DNA of 63,095 nt, counting the filler. It is 8 parts of 8 records of this genome, joined end to end, with 100 filler letters (N's around TTAATTAATTAA, not from the genome) between each part and the next. Parts side by side here need not be neighbours in the genome. Positions count along the whole stretch, not along the records: positions 19,836 to 28,834 come from SRR31147125_16554; positions 28,935 to 36,051 come from SRR31147125_16576; 6 more parts are not named here. One strand, 5' to 3'. A program made the translations under genes and the position numbers. Shown here piece by piece: positions 20,729-30,646 of this stretch. Under the pieces are notes generated by a model. The model ran no database searches. It was not told the DNA's origin and worked only from the letters and a program-made list of their open reading frames with translations. The stretch's first letter is position 1; the number at the start of each line of letters is the position of its first letter.

Positions 20729-22309
20729 TTATTTATTATTTATGTCAAGTATTTCGCAAATTATCTCTTTACCAGGATTAATATGAGGGAAAACATTATT
20801 CTTCTCATTCATATACTCTTTTGTAGTTCCCGGTTTTAAAATCGTAATTTTTAGAGGGTCTTTTTCTAAAAGTTCCAAATAGCCCTTGTAATCTTCATCA
20901 ACAGTTCCCAAAGATTTATTTATAACATCTTTTAAATTATCAGGAATAGTGCTTTGTCCATCAAACTCTAAAAGCAAGTTAAGTACTGGTAAGTTGTTTT
21001 CAATTGTCTTATAAGCAAACCATCCATCAATTTTGATTTTCGCCTCTTTAAATGCAAGCTTAAATGTTCCTTCCGTTAATCTAGTGAAGCTGGATAAATC
21101 AATCAATCTTGAGTTTCTATCTATATATTTAAAATGCGGAAGATTAATATCGTTTTCAACATCAGCAAGTTTCGTACATTCCAAAATATCTCCTACACGA
21201 TATCTTAAAAATACCCCTCCTCTGAATTTTGTAATAACTAGTTCATATTTTTTACCTGCTTCTAATTCACCTAAAAGCAGAGTTTTTGGTTGATAGTCTT
21301 TATTCCTAAATGATTTTATGTACTCTTCTTCAGGAATAAATTCTAGCAGAGATGTATCAGGGAAAAACACAAGTCCATCTTTTGCCCATGTTTCAATGGC
21401 TGCTATTGTAATTTCAGTACCCCCATATATCTCTAAAGGCTTTACTCCCCATAATCTTTCTATATCTTTTTTAAGAGCACTACTGTCAGTACCTGCACAT
21501 ACTAACCCTTTAACTTTGAACACATCTTTCGGCAAAATATCTTTTTTAAACAGTTTCTTCTTAATCGAAGCCATTAATAATCTAGCTATCATATTCGGTT
21601 TCATCTTAAATAGCTTAGTTATATCAAATGACGACTTGTCCGTTTTATTAAATGATTCAGAAACCTTTAAAAGTACACTTGAAAGACCAAAGAAAAAATC
21701 TATCCCTTTGTTTAAAGCCATTTTAAATCCTTCTATATTTCTTCCTTCAAAAGTCATTTTCTCCGCTTCTTTTACTGGCGGTAAGTATTCAAGCGTTATA
21801 TCTTGCTCTAGAATATAGGGTGCAATACCAGTAAGGTAAGGCAACGGAGCTAACGCGTATAAACACTTGTCGTAAGCTTTTATATCAAAGTCGCCTCTTT
21901 TTTTACTAGTAGCTAACATCAAAAAAGCAACAACACATTTTGTATGCTCTATCGTCATGTTTTCTGAATAAGGAACGTATTTGGTTGGATGCTCACCACC
22001 CTCCCAAGATGTTTGTATCCAGTATTTTGGCTTTACAGGAAGCGAATCAATATCTTTGTTTAATAAAATATCAGCATAATCACTATAAGCAGTAAGCGGT
22101 ATAATTTCTCTAAATTCTTTAATGCTTTTTGGTTTTTTATCTCCAAGTATTCTTTTTCCTATAGTACAGTTTGATAATAACTCTATTTGCTCTAATAGTA
22201 ATCTTTCTTGAATATCCATAAAGTCATTCAAAGATAAATCTAGAAAACCACAGTATTTATCCCATATCTCTTCACGCATATTTGCTTTTAGCATTTGTTC
22301 TAAATTCAT
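20729..22309 (-). CDS. GH3-family (ANL superfamily) acyl-acid amido synthetase-like protein
   Basis: FREIIPLTAYSDY, motif 1 variant QTSWEGGEHPTKYVP, motif 2 YGGTE, LEFIP, YELVIT...RYRVGD. RBS AAGGAG. Confidence 0.88.
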   Translation of the reverse strand: MNLEQMLKANMREEIWDKYCGFLDLSLNDFMDIQERLLLEQIELLSNCTIGKRILGDKKPKSIKEFREIIPLTAYSDYADILLNKDIDSLPVKPKYWIQTSWEGGEHPTKYVPYSENMTIEHTKCVVAFLMLATSKKRGDFDIKAYDKCLYALAPLPYLTGIAPYILEQDITLEYLPPVKEAEKMTFEGRNIEGFKMALNKGIDFFFGLSSVLLKVSESFNKTDKSSFDITKLFKMKPNMIARLLMASIKKKLFKKDILPKDVFKVKGLVCAGTDSSALKKDIERLWGVKPLEIYGGTEITIAAIETWAKDGLVFFPDTSLLEFIPEEEYIKSFRNKDYQPKTLLLGELEAGKKYELVITKFRGGVFLRYRVGDILECTKLADVENDINLPHFKYIDRNSRLIDLSSFTRLTEGTFKLAFKEAKIKIDGWFAYKTIENNLPVLNLLLEFDGQSTIPDNLKDVINKSLGTVDEDYKGYLELLEKDPLKITILKPGTTKEYMNEKNNVFPHINPGKEIICEILDINNK

Positions 22310-22329
22310 TTACACAATCTCTCCTTAAT

Positions 22330-22905
22330 TCATTTGTTTTTTTTCAATAATATTAAAGTTGATTTAAACTCACTAATACTTCTTTTGTTGGGTATTAAAA
22401 AAGGTGTGTGCTTTATATACTCGTTATAGTTGATAAATATTTTGGACAGAAAATACTTTTCTTGTATATATACATACACTGCGTTACATATTGTAAAAAT
22501 AATACTTGCATAAATTAGATTCAAGCTATTCATAGCAATTCCCATGAACATTATTAAAAAGAACAACCACAGTACTCCTGGGTGCCTTACCAAAGCATAA
22601 GTTCCTGTTGAAACGAGTTCATTATTATAATCTCTATCCATGTATGTCTTTTTTAATGGAATCTCAATAAAAAGAGAAAATACAAGTAGTAAAGAAGAGA
22701 CAATTCCTAATAGTAAGCTTAAAGTTCTTATAAAGAATGGCAAAGAAAGAGATTTTACATTTGAAATTTGATAACAAGCAAAAAACAAGATAATTGCAGC
22801 CGTAAAAAAAGATATTGAACCTAATGTGTTTTTTTCGCTTTGTTTAAAAAAATCAGAAGCTAAAAATACAAAAAAACTTAATATACCAATAAAATAATAC
22901 ATCAA
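22330..22905 (-). CDS. Isoprenylcysteine carboxyl methyltransferase (ICMT/PEMT) family membrane protein
   Basis: Several TM helices, LVSTGTYALVRHPG...QE..L...F..Y.EY.KHTPFLIP. Confidence 0.85.
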   Translation of the reverse strand: MMYYFIGILSFFVFLASDFFKQSEKNTLGSISFFTAAIILFFACYQISNVKSLSLPFFIRTLSLLLGIVSSLLLVFSLFIEIPLKKTYMDRDYNNELVSTGTYALVRHPGVLWLFFLIMFMGIAMNSLNLIYASIIFTICNAVYVYIQEKYFLSKIFINYNEYIKHTPFLIPNKRSISEFKSTLILLKKNK

Positions 22906-23251
22906 ATTATTCCCCCTATAATTACAAATATTATATCACATAAAATTAATGAATAATACATATAGTATCAAGAATTTCTTTTATATACACTAACTTGTTG
23001 TATTATTTGTTTTCAAAAGCACAAACTGCTAACACAATATATATTAAAATAATATATATGCAACAGCTTGCAATAACAACTAATAATACCTAGTTAATTA
23101 CTATTATGCATTTTTTAACATTCATTCAATTTATACTATCCATAATACGGAGAACTTAGCTGTGATAGCACATTTGTATAGTAATTTATAACGGCTTCTT
23201 ATCTCTAATATTGGAAGACGATTACAATATAAATAAGTGACTAAAACCTTC

Positions 23252-25885
23252 TTATTTAAATCCTAAAACATCATTAATAAACACTTTGGAAATTCGCGGA
23301 TCAAACTGTTTCCCCATACATTTACGAATTTCTTGGACTGCATCATCTTCACGCATCGCTTTTCTATATGTACGCTCACTAGTCATAGCATCATAAGAAT
23401 CTGCCAAAGCAATAATTCGCGCTTCTAACGAAATTTCTTCTCCTTTTAATCCATTAGGATACCCATTTCCATCCCATCGTTCATGATGCTGAAGTACGAA
23501 TTCCGCAAGGTTAGAAAACTCGTCAGAAGAAATCAGTATTCGCCAACTGCTTTCCGAGTGTTTCTTCATTTCCTCCCATTCATCATATTCAAGTTTTCCT
23601 GGTTTATTAAGGACTGATTCATCTATGCCTATTTTACCGATGTCATGAAGTAATCCTGCTGTTCGAATTTGACTAACAGCATCGTTTTCCATACCCAGTT
23701 TAATCGCTAAAGCTTCGCAATATTTGCTTACTCTTTTAGAATGAAGAAGCTCTCTCTCACTTTTTTCAAACAATGTATTCATTATGATATTAACTGTTTT
23801 GCTGTGCATACTAGAACTTTCGAAAACTTTATGCTTGTACATACTATCTTCGGCTCCTTTAAGCACTTCCTTAATATCAGTCTTGCTTAAAGTCTTTGTG
23901 TCATAACCAAATGAAATAGATAAATCTACAGATGCTACCTTTTCTTTTGCTAATTCTCTTTTCATTCGACCAACTAGATTCTCCGTCTCTTTTCTGTCTG
24001 TTTTTGTAAGTAGAACAGCAAACTCATCCCCTCCAAGCCTTGCAAATATATCATCATCTCTGCACACTCGTTTAATCGTTTCAGATGCAGTTTTAAGTAA
24101 TTCATCGCCAATACTATGTCCAAACGAATCGTTTATAAGTTTTAAACCGTTAACATCCGTCATAACAACCGATAAAGGAAGGTTTATTTCTGTATCTAAC
24201 CTGATTAGTTGTTCTTCAAAAAACCTTCTGTTATATATTCCTGTTAGCTGGTCGTGATAGCTTAAATACCTCAAATCATCTTCAGCATTCTTACGCTTCG
24301 AAATGTCTAGAGACACTATCTGCACGCCTGCTACATTGCCACTAGAATCCATAACTCTTGAGAAGGTTCTTAAAAACCAGCATGGCGGTATAATACTAGT
24401 AACATGGTCTTCATATTCATTAGGTGTAGCGCTTCTAGATGCTTTGCTTATTCTTTCCATGTATACATCCGCTACACTTTTTGTAAAAATATCATATATG
24501 CTTCTACCAACAAAATCCTCTGGTTTACCACCCATATTTTTAGCAGCTTTATAGTTATATGAAATAACAATACCATCTACTGTATAGTAACCTATACCCA
24601 ATCCCGAATTTTCAAATAGACTTTTATATCTTTCTTCACTTTCTTTTAAAGCGTTTTCCATAATACTTTGTTGAGTGATATCTTGAAGAACACAATGCGT
24701 TTGCTTGAATTTATAATCAATTGTGTGTCCAATTTTACCTTCAAACAAAATTTTCATTCTCTCCCCATTTTTATGAGGCATTTCGAAAACACTTCGAATT
24801 TTGCCTTGGGCCTTAAAAATAGGAAATCGATTTATGAAATCTTGTTTGTATTCTTGACAAACGAAATCACCAAACCATTTTCCAACTACTTCGTCTTTTT
24901 CGTAGCCAAGCATATTAAGCCACTGTTGATTTACCTCTACAAAAAAACCATCTTTGTCTAAAGATTGATATCCGATTGGAGCTTGATTAAAAAGCGCTTC
25001 AAATCTTTCTTCACTTTCTTTCAACGCCTTTTGTGCCTTTTCCCATTCTGTTATATCTTGTACTGTACCCGCAGATTTTATATGGTTTCCATCATCATCA
25101 ACAAAAATATGCAGACGTACATTGACAATTCGCATATCCCCATCTGTTCTTAATATTCTACACTTATATTCAACTATCTTTTTTTCACAAACCGCCTTTT
25201 CAATTTGCAATTTAACTTTATCTACATCCTGAGGATGAATAAGATTAAAAACGTCTTCGACACGACCAGAAAAATCTTTTCTTTCCATGCCGCAAATTTC
25301 AAGTCCCTCATCAGTACAGGTAATTGTATTGCTCGAAGCATCAAATTGAAAACTGCCAATATGCGCAAGGGTCTGCGCCTCTAAAAGTGCTTTTTCACTC
25401 TCTTTTCTAGCTAGGTTTTCTATTATATATTCTTTTGTTCTCTCATTTACCAGCTCAGCAAGTCGTTTGTTTTCATAACGTTTTTGTTCGTTTGCTCTTT
25501 TAATCTTATACATAGCACTAATTTGAGCCTTCAGTTCACTTACGTCAATTGGTTTCGTCAAAAAAGCTTCCGCGCCACTCTCTAATGCCAGTATTTTGCT
25601 CCCTGTATCTCCTTTTAAAGCCGTAACAAAAACCACAGGTATCTCCGATAATACTTCATCAGATTTAAGCCTTTTACACACTTCAAACCCGTCCATATCG
25701 GGCATAACAATATCAAGAAGAATCACATCAGGATTAACGTCAGCCGCAAGTTCAATTCCCTTTTGTCCATTTAGAGCAGAAAAAAACTCTATCTTTTCTA
25801 ACTCCTGATTTATTACAGCTTTCAACGTTATAATATTGTCAAGATTATCATCTATCGCAAGTATTTTAATCATTTTACCTTTCAT
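23252..25885 (-). CDS. REC-PAS(x3)-GGDEF-HD-GYP c-di-GMP signalling protein
   Basis: ILAIDD...LLDIVMP...FLTKP receiver, PAS repeats, RDDDIFARLGGDEF (I-site and active site), LLHDIGK, HHERWDGNGYP. Likely start MKGK at 25885. Confidence 0.93.
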   Translation of the reverse strand: MKGKMIKILAIDDNLDNIITLKAVINQELEKIEFFSALNGQKGIELAADVNPDVILLDIVMPDMDGFEVCKRLKSDEVLSEIPVVFVTALKGDTGSKILALESGAEAFLTKPIDVSELKAQISAMYKIKRANEQKRYENKRLAELVNERTKEYIIENLARKESEKALLEAQTLAHIGSFQFDASSNTITCTDEGLEICGMERKDFSGRVEDVFNLIHPQDVDKVKLQIEKAVCEKKIVEYKCRILRTDGDMRIVNVRLHIFVDDDGNHIKSAGTVQDITEWEKAQKALKESEERFEALFNQAPIGYQSLDKDGFFVEVNQQWLNMLGYEKDEVVGKWFGDFVCQEYKQDFINRFPIFKAQGKIRSVFEMPHKNGERMKILFEGKIGHTIDYKFKQTHCVLQDITQQSIMENALKESEERYKSLFENSGLGIGYYTVDGIVISYNYKAAKNMGGKPEDFVGRSIYDIFTKSVADVYMERISKASRSATPNEYEDHVTSIIPPCWFLRTFSRVMDSSGNVAGVQIVSLDISKRKNAEDDLRYLSYHDQLTGIYNRRFFEEQLIRLDTEINLPLSVVMTDVNGLKLINDSFGHSIGDELLKTASETIKRVCRDDDIFARLGGDEFAVLLTKTDRKETENLVGRMKRELAKEKVASVDLSISFGYDTKTLSKTDIKEVLKGAEDSMYKHKVFESSSMHSKTVNIIMNTLFEKSERELLHSKRVSKYCEALAIKLGMENDAVSQIRTAGLLHDIGKIGIDESVLNKPGKLEYDEWEEMKKHSESSWRILISSDEFSNLAEFVLQHHERWDGNGYPNGLKGEEISLEARIIALADSYDAMTSERTYRKAMREDDAVQEIRKCMGKQFDPRISKVFINDVLGFK

Positions 25886-28432
25886 AAAGAACCTCATTAA
25901 TAACTTTAAAGAATTGCTCATCAAATATTGGTTTTGCAATAAACGCATCAAAACCGTGGGCTAATATCACTTCTCTATCATGGTCCATTGCGCTAGCTGT
26001 TAGTGCAATTATTGGAATGTGTCTCGATTTTAAATTATTTCTAATTTTTTTGAATGCATCTACGCCGTTTATACCAGGAAGTGCAATATCCATCAATATT
26101 AAATCAGGAATTTTCTCTTGCACTATCTCAACACTTTTAATACCATCGTCCGCCTCAATAACCATATAGTCATCTTTTAATAGTGCTTTAATTGTAACCA
26201 TATTATCTGTATTATCCTCAACAATAAGCACTAATGGCTTTTTCTTATCCGATGGTTTTCCAGTTGCTTTGCTCTTATCATCTTCAAAATCAGCTAAATA
26301 GGGTTCAACTTCGGCATCTACTTGAACTTTATCGTTTATATCATCCATATCTAGAGGCAAAGTAAGAATAAACTTTGAACCTTTATCCAAATAACTTTCG
26401 ACTGAAATATTGCCACCTATAATATTTGCATATTTTTTTGCAATAGCTAAGCCCAATCCTGTCCCACCATATTTTTTTGATACGCTACTATCTCCCTGCC
26501 TGAATTCATCGAATATATACGGAAGATGCTGCTTTGAAATTCCAATGCCTGTATCTTCTACAGAAACTTGAATCTTATCCTCAACCTTTAAAACCGAAAT
26601 CTTAACGCTACCCTTATCAGTAAATTTTATAGCATTGCTTATAAGATTTTGAACAATATGTCTACATTTATCAATATCGCTGCTTATAAAGAGTTCATTA
26701 TCTTTTATATCGCAAGTAAGTTCTATATTCTTTTGGTCAGCAAGACCTTTTAGCATAGTGGTGATATCCAAAACTAAATTATTTATACTAAATTTTGATG
26801 CCTTAATTTCTTCCTTGCCAGTTTCAATACGAGAAATATCGAGCACATCATTAATAAGTGACAGTAAATTCCTACCGTTACGTTCGATAATTTCTAAGTA
26901 ACTATACTCATCAGCATCAATCTTGTTATACAGCGAACGACTTAAAACACCCGAAAGTGCAATAACTGAATTTAGCGGTGTACGAAGCTCATGACTCATA
27001 TTGGACAAGAAGCTTGTTTTTAATCTACTTGCTTCATTCAGCTGATTTTTTTGCATTTCTAGTTCAATATTTTGCCGACTCAATTTTTTAGTCTGCATAG
27101 AGAGTTCATTTTTTTGTTGATCTAATTCTTGGTTTTGTTTTTCCAGAACATCCTTTATCTCTTTAATCGAACGATACGCAATGATTCCAGAAATTCTAGC
27201 ACTCATTGTATCTACAACTTTGTCCACAAAGTCTACGGACTTTGAATCGAAATTGTTAATTGTATAAAGTGATATTATCGCTATAACTTTGTTTTCCGAT
27301 AAAATAGGAATTGTGATTATTTCTCTTGGAATATACTTTCCATTTACTGAATGAAACATAAATGTTGTTTTATTGGATATATCACTAATATGCTGTATTT
27401 TACGAGAGTTAATAGCAGTGCCAAATTCACCTTCGTACTTATCTGCAGAAAAACTTTCCTTTATGCTAGAATCCATTCCTATTGATGCAAAGTATTCGTA
27501 ATTATTTGAATCATCATTAAGTAAATAGGCGCAAGCCATTTGAGCTCCAGTATATTCTGCTAATAATCCCAAAGTTGAATTAAAAAATTCCTTATCATTT
27601 GTCTCTCTAAGCATAACATCTGCAAAGCTTTCTGTTCTGTGGCTAAGTATTGTATTAATTTTAACCAAATCAGTAAGCTTATTGATTGAATAAGCAAGTA
27701 CGCCCAATTCGTTTTTAGATTTATAGCCAATACGCGCATCTAAATCGCCTTTATGGAACCTTAAAACCGTATCATTCATCTCCGAAAGCGGCTTGCGTAC
27801 ACTTCGTGTTATCGCATAAATCAAGAACATCGAAATTACAATAATTGCACCCACAATAAAAATTAGTTGAGCGTTTAAGGTACGGCTTAATTTAACGGAT
27901 GTCTCATATAAGGTATCAGCCTTATTTTGGGCAAATTCATCAATCTTTTCAATACTGGCTGTTAAAGATTTAGTATATGAAGCAACACTTCCTCCCTCTT
28001 TCATATTCTTTCTTGCTTCCTCTTCATTACCAGCAAACACTAGTTCAATGTTTTTTGGATAGCTATGTTCCATAAAGCGTATCCTTTAAAAACTGCTTCA
28101 ACATCTTCCTTTTCCCCTAAGTATTGTTCCTCAATTATTTTAAGCTGCTGTTCTGCATCCACGGCCGCTAATTCTATATGTTGAATAGCAATTTGTTTCT
28201 CTTTATCAGAATTTATTGTTGTGAATTCATTCATATAAAGTCTAATTGTTAAAACATCACTATTTAAAAGGTCTATAGCTCTTCTGACTCTCAAAGGATG
28301 ATTATACATCGTTTCCGTCTGCTCATGAAGCATGCTTGTTTGTCCATAAGCTACAATACCTATGACAATAACGAAAACAAGAATAATAGAAACAGTTAAG
28401 GTGATTTTTGTACTTATACTCAAATCTTTCAT
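25875..28432 (-). CDS. Hybrid sensor histidine kinase (helical sensor-TM-HAMP-GAF-HisKA-HATPase-REC) with 1-nt frameshift
   Basis: ORFs 28040-28432 and 25875-28073 join if one base is added to the T6 run 28051-28056. SHELRTPL H-box, NLISNAIKFT, DTGIG, GGTGLGL and C-terminal receiver. Confidence 0.92.
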
Positions 28433-28834
28433 AATCCCTAATCACTTTCCCACTTTTTTAAAGATTGACACCATACAATAAAATCTCTTTATTCCAAATG
28501 ATTTATCAATAATCAATCATTCAACTTTTTCTTAATACCAAATAGCCTTTTGGAGCTACAAGGTTTATTTAAGTACATTTTTATTATGATTTTTGATGCT
28601 AAACTTTCTATAGCATCTTAAAGAGACGTTTTTTAATGAATATGATTCTTGTCCTTGAAAGCAACACGTTGACTGAACAACAATATATAATTTAATGAAG
28701 GCTTACAATTTAATTAATTGTTATTTCTATGTAATTTGCTATTTTATTATACTTCATATTTCCATAATATTCAAAACGAATTTTACCCAGCAAATCACAA
28801 GTTCAAAAATAAATCACTCACTCATAAAAAAAGA

Positions 28835-28934
28835 NNNNNNNNNNNNNNNNNNNNNNNNNNNNNNNNNNNNNNNNNNNNTTAATTAATTAANNNNNNNNNN
28901 NNNNNNNNNNNNNNNNNNNNNNNNNNNNNNNNNN
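28835..28934. other. Artificial contig spacer
   Basis: N44-TTAATTAATTAA-N44. Confidence 0.98.
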
Positions 28935-29945
28935 TTTTGATCCATAAGCAAGACCTACGCCAATAAGTCCGCCAATACCAGAAACAATTATTGCTTCTAT
29001 TAAAAACTGAGTTAAGATATCTTTTCTTGTAGCTCCAATCGCTTTTTGTATACCGATATCCCTTGTTCTTTCAGTAACTGAAACAAGCATAATATTCATA
29101 ATTCCTATTCCACCTACAAGCAATGATATTGCTGCTATACCACCTAACATTGCTGTAAGCGCTGCTGTAGATTCTTCTAGCGATTCTAAAATTGCAGATT
29201 GGCTGAATACAAAGTATCCGTCTTCATCCTGCGTTAGTCCAAACAAATAATCCTCTAGACTTTCAACAGCAGTATCAACTTCTTCCGAAGAACTTGCACT
29301 AACATAAACGCTTCTAATCTTACTGCTTTTCATTATCCTTTGCATTGTTGAAAAAGGTGCTAAAACTATCTCATCTTCACTTCCTGTAGCAGATGTACCT
29401 TTTGCAACTAAAACTCCAACAACACTAAATTTTGTTCCATCTATAGAAATATCCTGACCTACTGCGCTTTGCGAATTTCCATATAACTCTTCAGCAACGT
29501 CATTACCGATAACTGCAACTCTTGACCTTTTATCGTCATCATACTCAGTTACAAACCTTCCAATTGCAATCTCATATTCCTTAATATCCAAATAATCTTC
29601 ATAAATACCAATAACTTGGATACTGTCCATGCTAGATGCAGATGATTTTAGAGTGTAAGAGGATTGCGCATATGGACTAATTAGACCAACACCATTTAAA
29701 TTTTCCATCTCCTCTATATTCTTGCTTGTAAAATTCACTCTAAAGGACCTAAGGCTTGCAGTGATAAGATTACTTCCCATTCCTTCGATACTCTCTGTTA
29801 TCGCAGCAGTACTCCCCTGTCCTACGCTTATTAATGCTGTTACAGAAAATATACCAATAATTATCCCAAGCATAGTTAGAAAAGAGCGTGTTTTATGTGC
29901 CCATACAGCTTTTACCGCCGATATAAAGGCTTCTGAATATATCAA
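28935..29945 (-). CDS. MacB/FtsX-type ABC transporter permease (3' truncated)
   Basis: RSFLTMLGIIIG, ISLLVGGIGIMNIMLVSVTERTRDIGI.KAIGA. Confidence 0.93.
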
Positions 29946-30646
29946 TTTACTGCTCCTTTCGTCTTGTCAGAAATAATCTTACCATCCATCAAGCGCACAA
30001 CTCTTTGTGCTTCTTCAGCAACTTCATCATCATGCGTAATTAATACAATTGTATTCCCCGCATTATGAAGTTCATGAAGCATATTCATAACATCGACAGC
30101 TGATTTGCTGTCTAAGTTACCCGTAGGTTCATCCGCTAATATAACTGGTGGTGAATTTACAATGCTTCTTGCAACAACAACTCTTTGTTGCTGTCCACCA
30201 GATAATTGAGAAGGCGTATGATTCATCCTATTCTCAAGTCCAACCAATTTTAGAGCCTCTATTGCCTTTTTTCTTCTCTCTTCTCTAGGCATTCTAGCAA
30301 ACTTAGCAGGCATTTCCACATTTTCAATAGAACTAATTTTTTTAAACAAATTGAATTGCTGAAATATAAATCCTATTTTTTTGTTTCTTATATGTGAAAG
30401 ATCATCATCGCTATATTCACCAATATCAATCCCATCTAAAAAGTAATCGCCGCTTGTAGGAAGATCAAGACATCCTATCATATTCATAAGTGTTGATTTA
30501 CCAGAACCAGATTTCCCTACAATGGCCACAAATTGACCTTCATATATTTTCAAATCGATACCGTCCAAGGCGTGAACCTCTTCACTACCCATCTTATATA
30601 TCTTATACATATTCACAATTTCAATAAGTGGCTTTTTTTCTTCCAT
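29942..30646 (-). CDS. ABC transporter ATP-binding protein (LolD/MacB-type)
   Basis: GKSGSGKST, LSGGQQQRV, LADEPTGNLD, ITHD. Confidence 0.96.
   Translation of the reverse strand: MEEKKPLIEIVNMYKIYKMGSEEVHALDGIDLKIYEGQFVAIVGKSGSGKSTLMNMIGCLDLPTSGDYFLDGIDIGEYSDDDLSHIRNKKIGFIFQQFNLFKKISSIENVEMPAKFARMPREERRKKAIEALKLVGLENRMNHTPSQLSGGQQQRVVVARSIVNSPPVILADEPTGNLDSKSAVDVMNMLHELHNAGNTIVLITHDDEVAEEAQRVVRLMDGKIISDKTKGAVN

Noticed and set aside
22906-23251. Possible c-di-GMP riboswitch upstream of the methyltransferase-GH3 operon
   Set aside because: No class I or class II consensus elements recognised in this AT-rich region.
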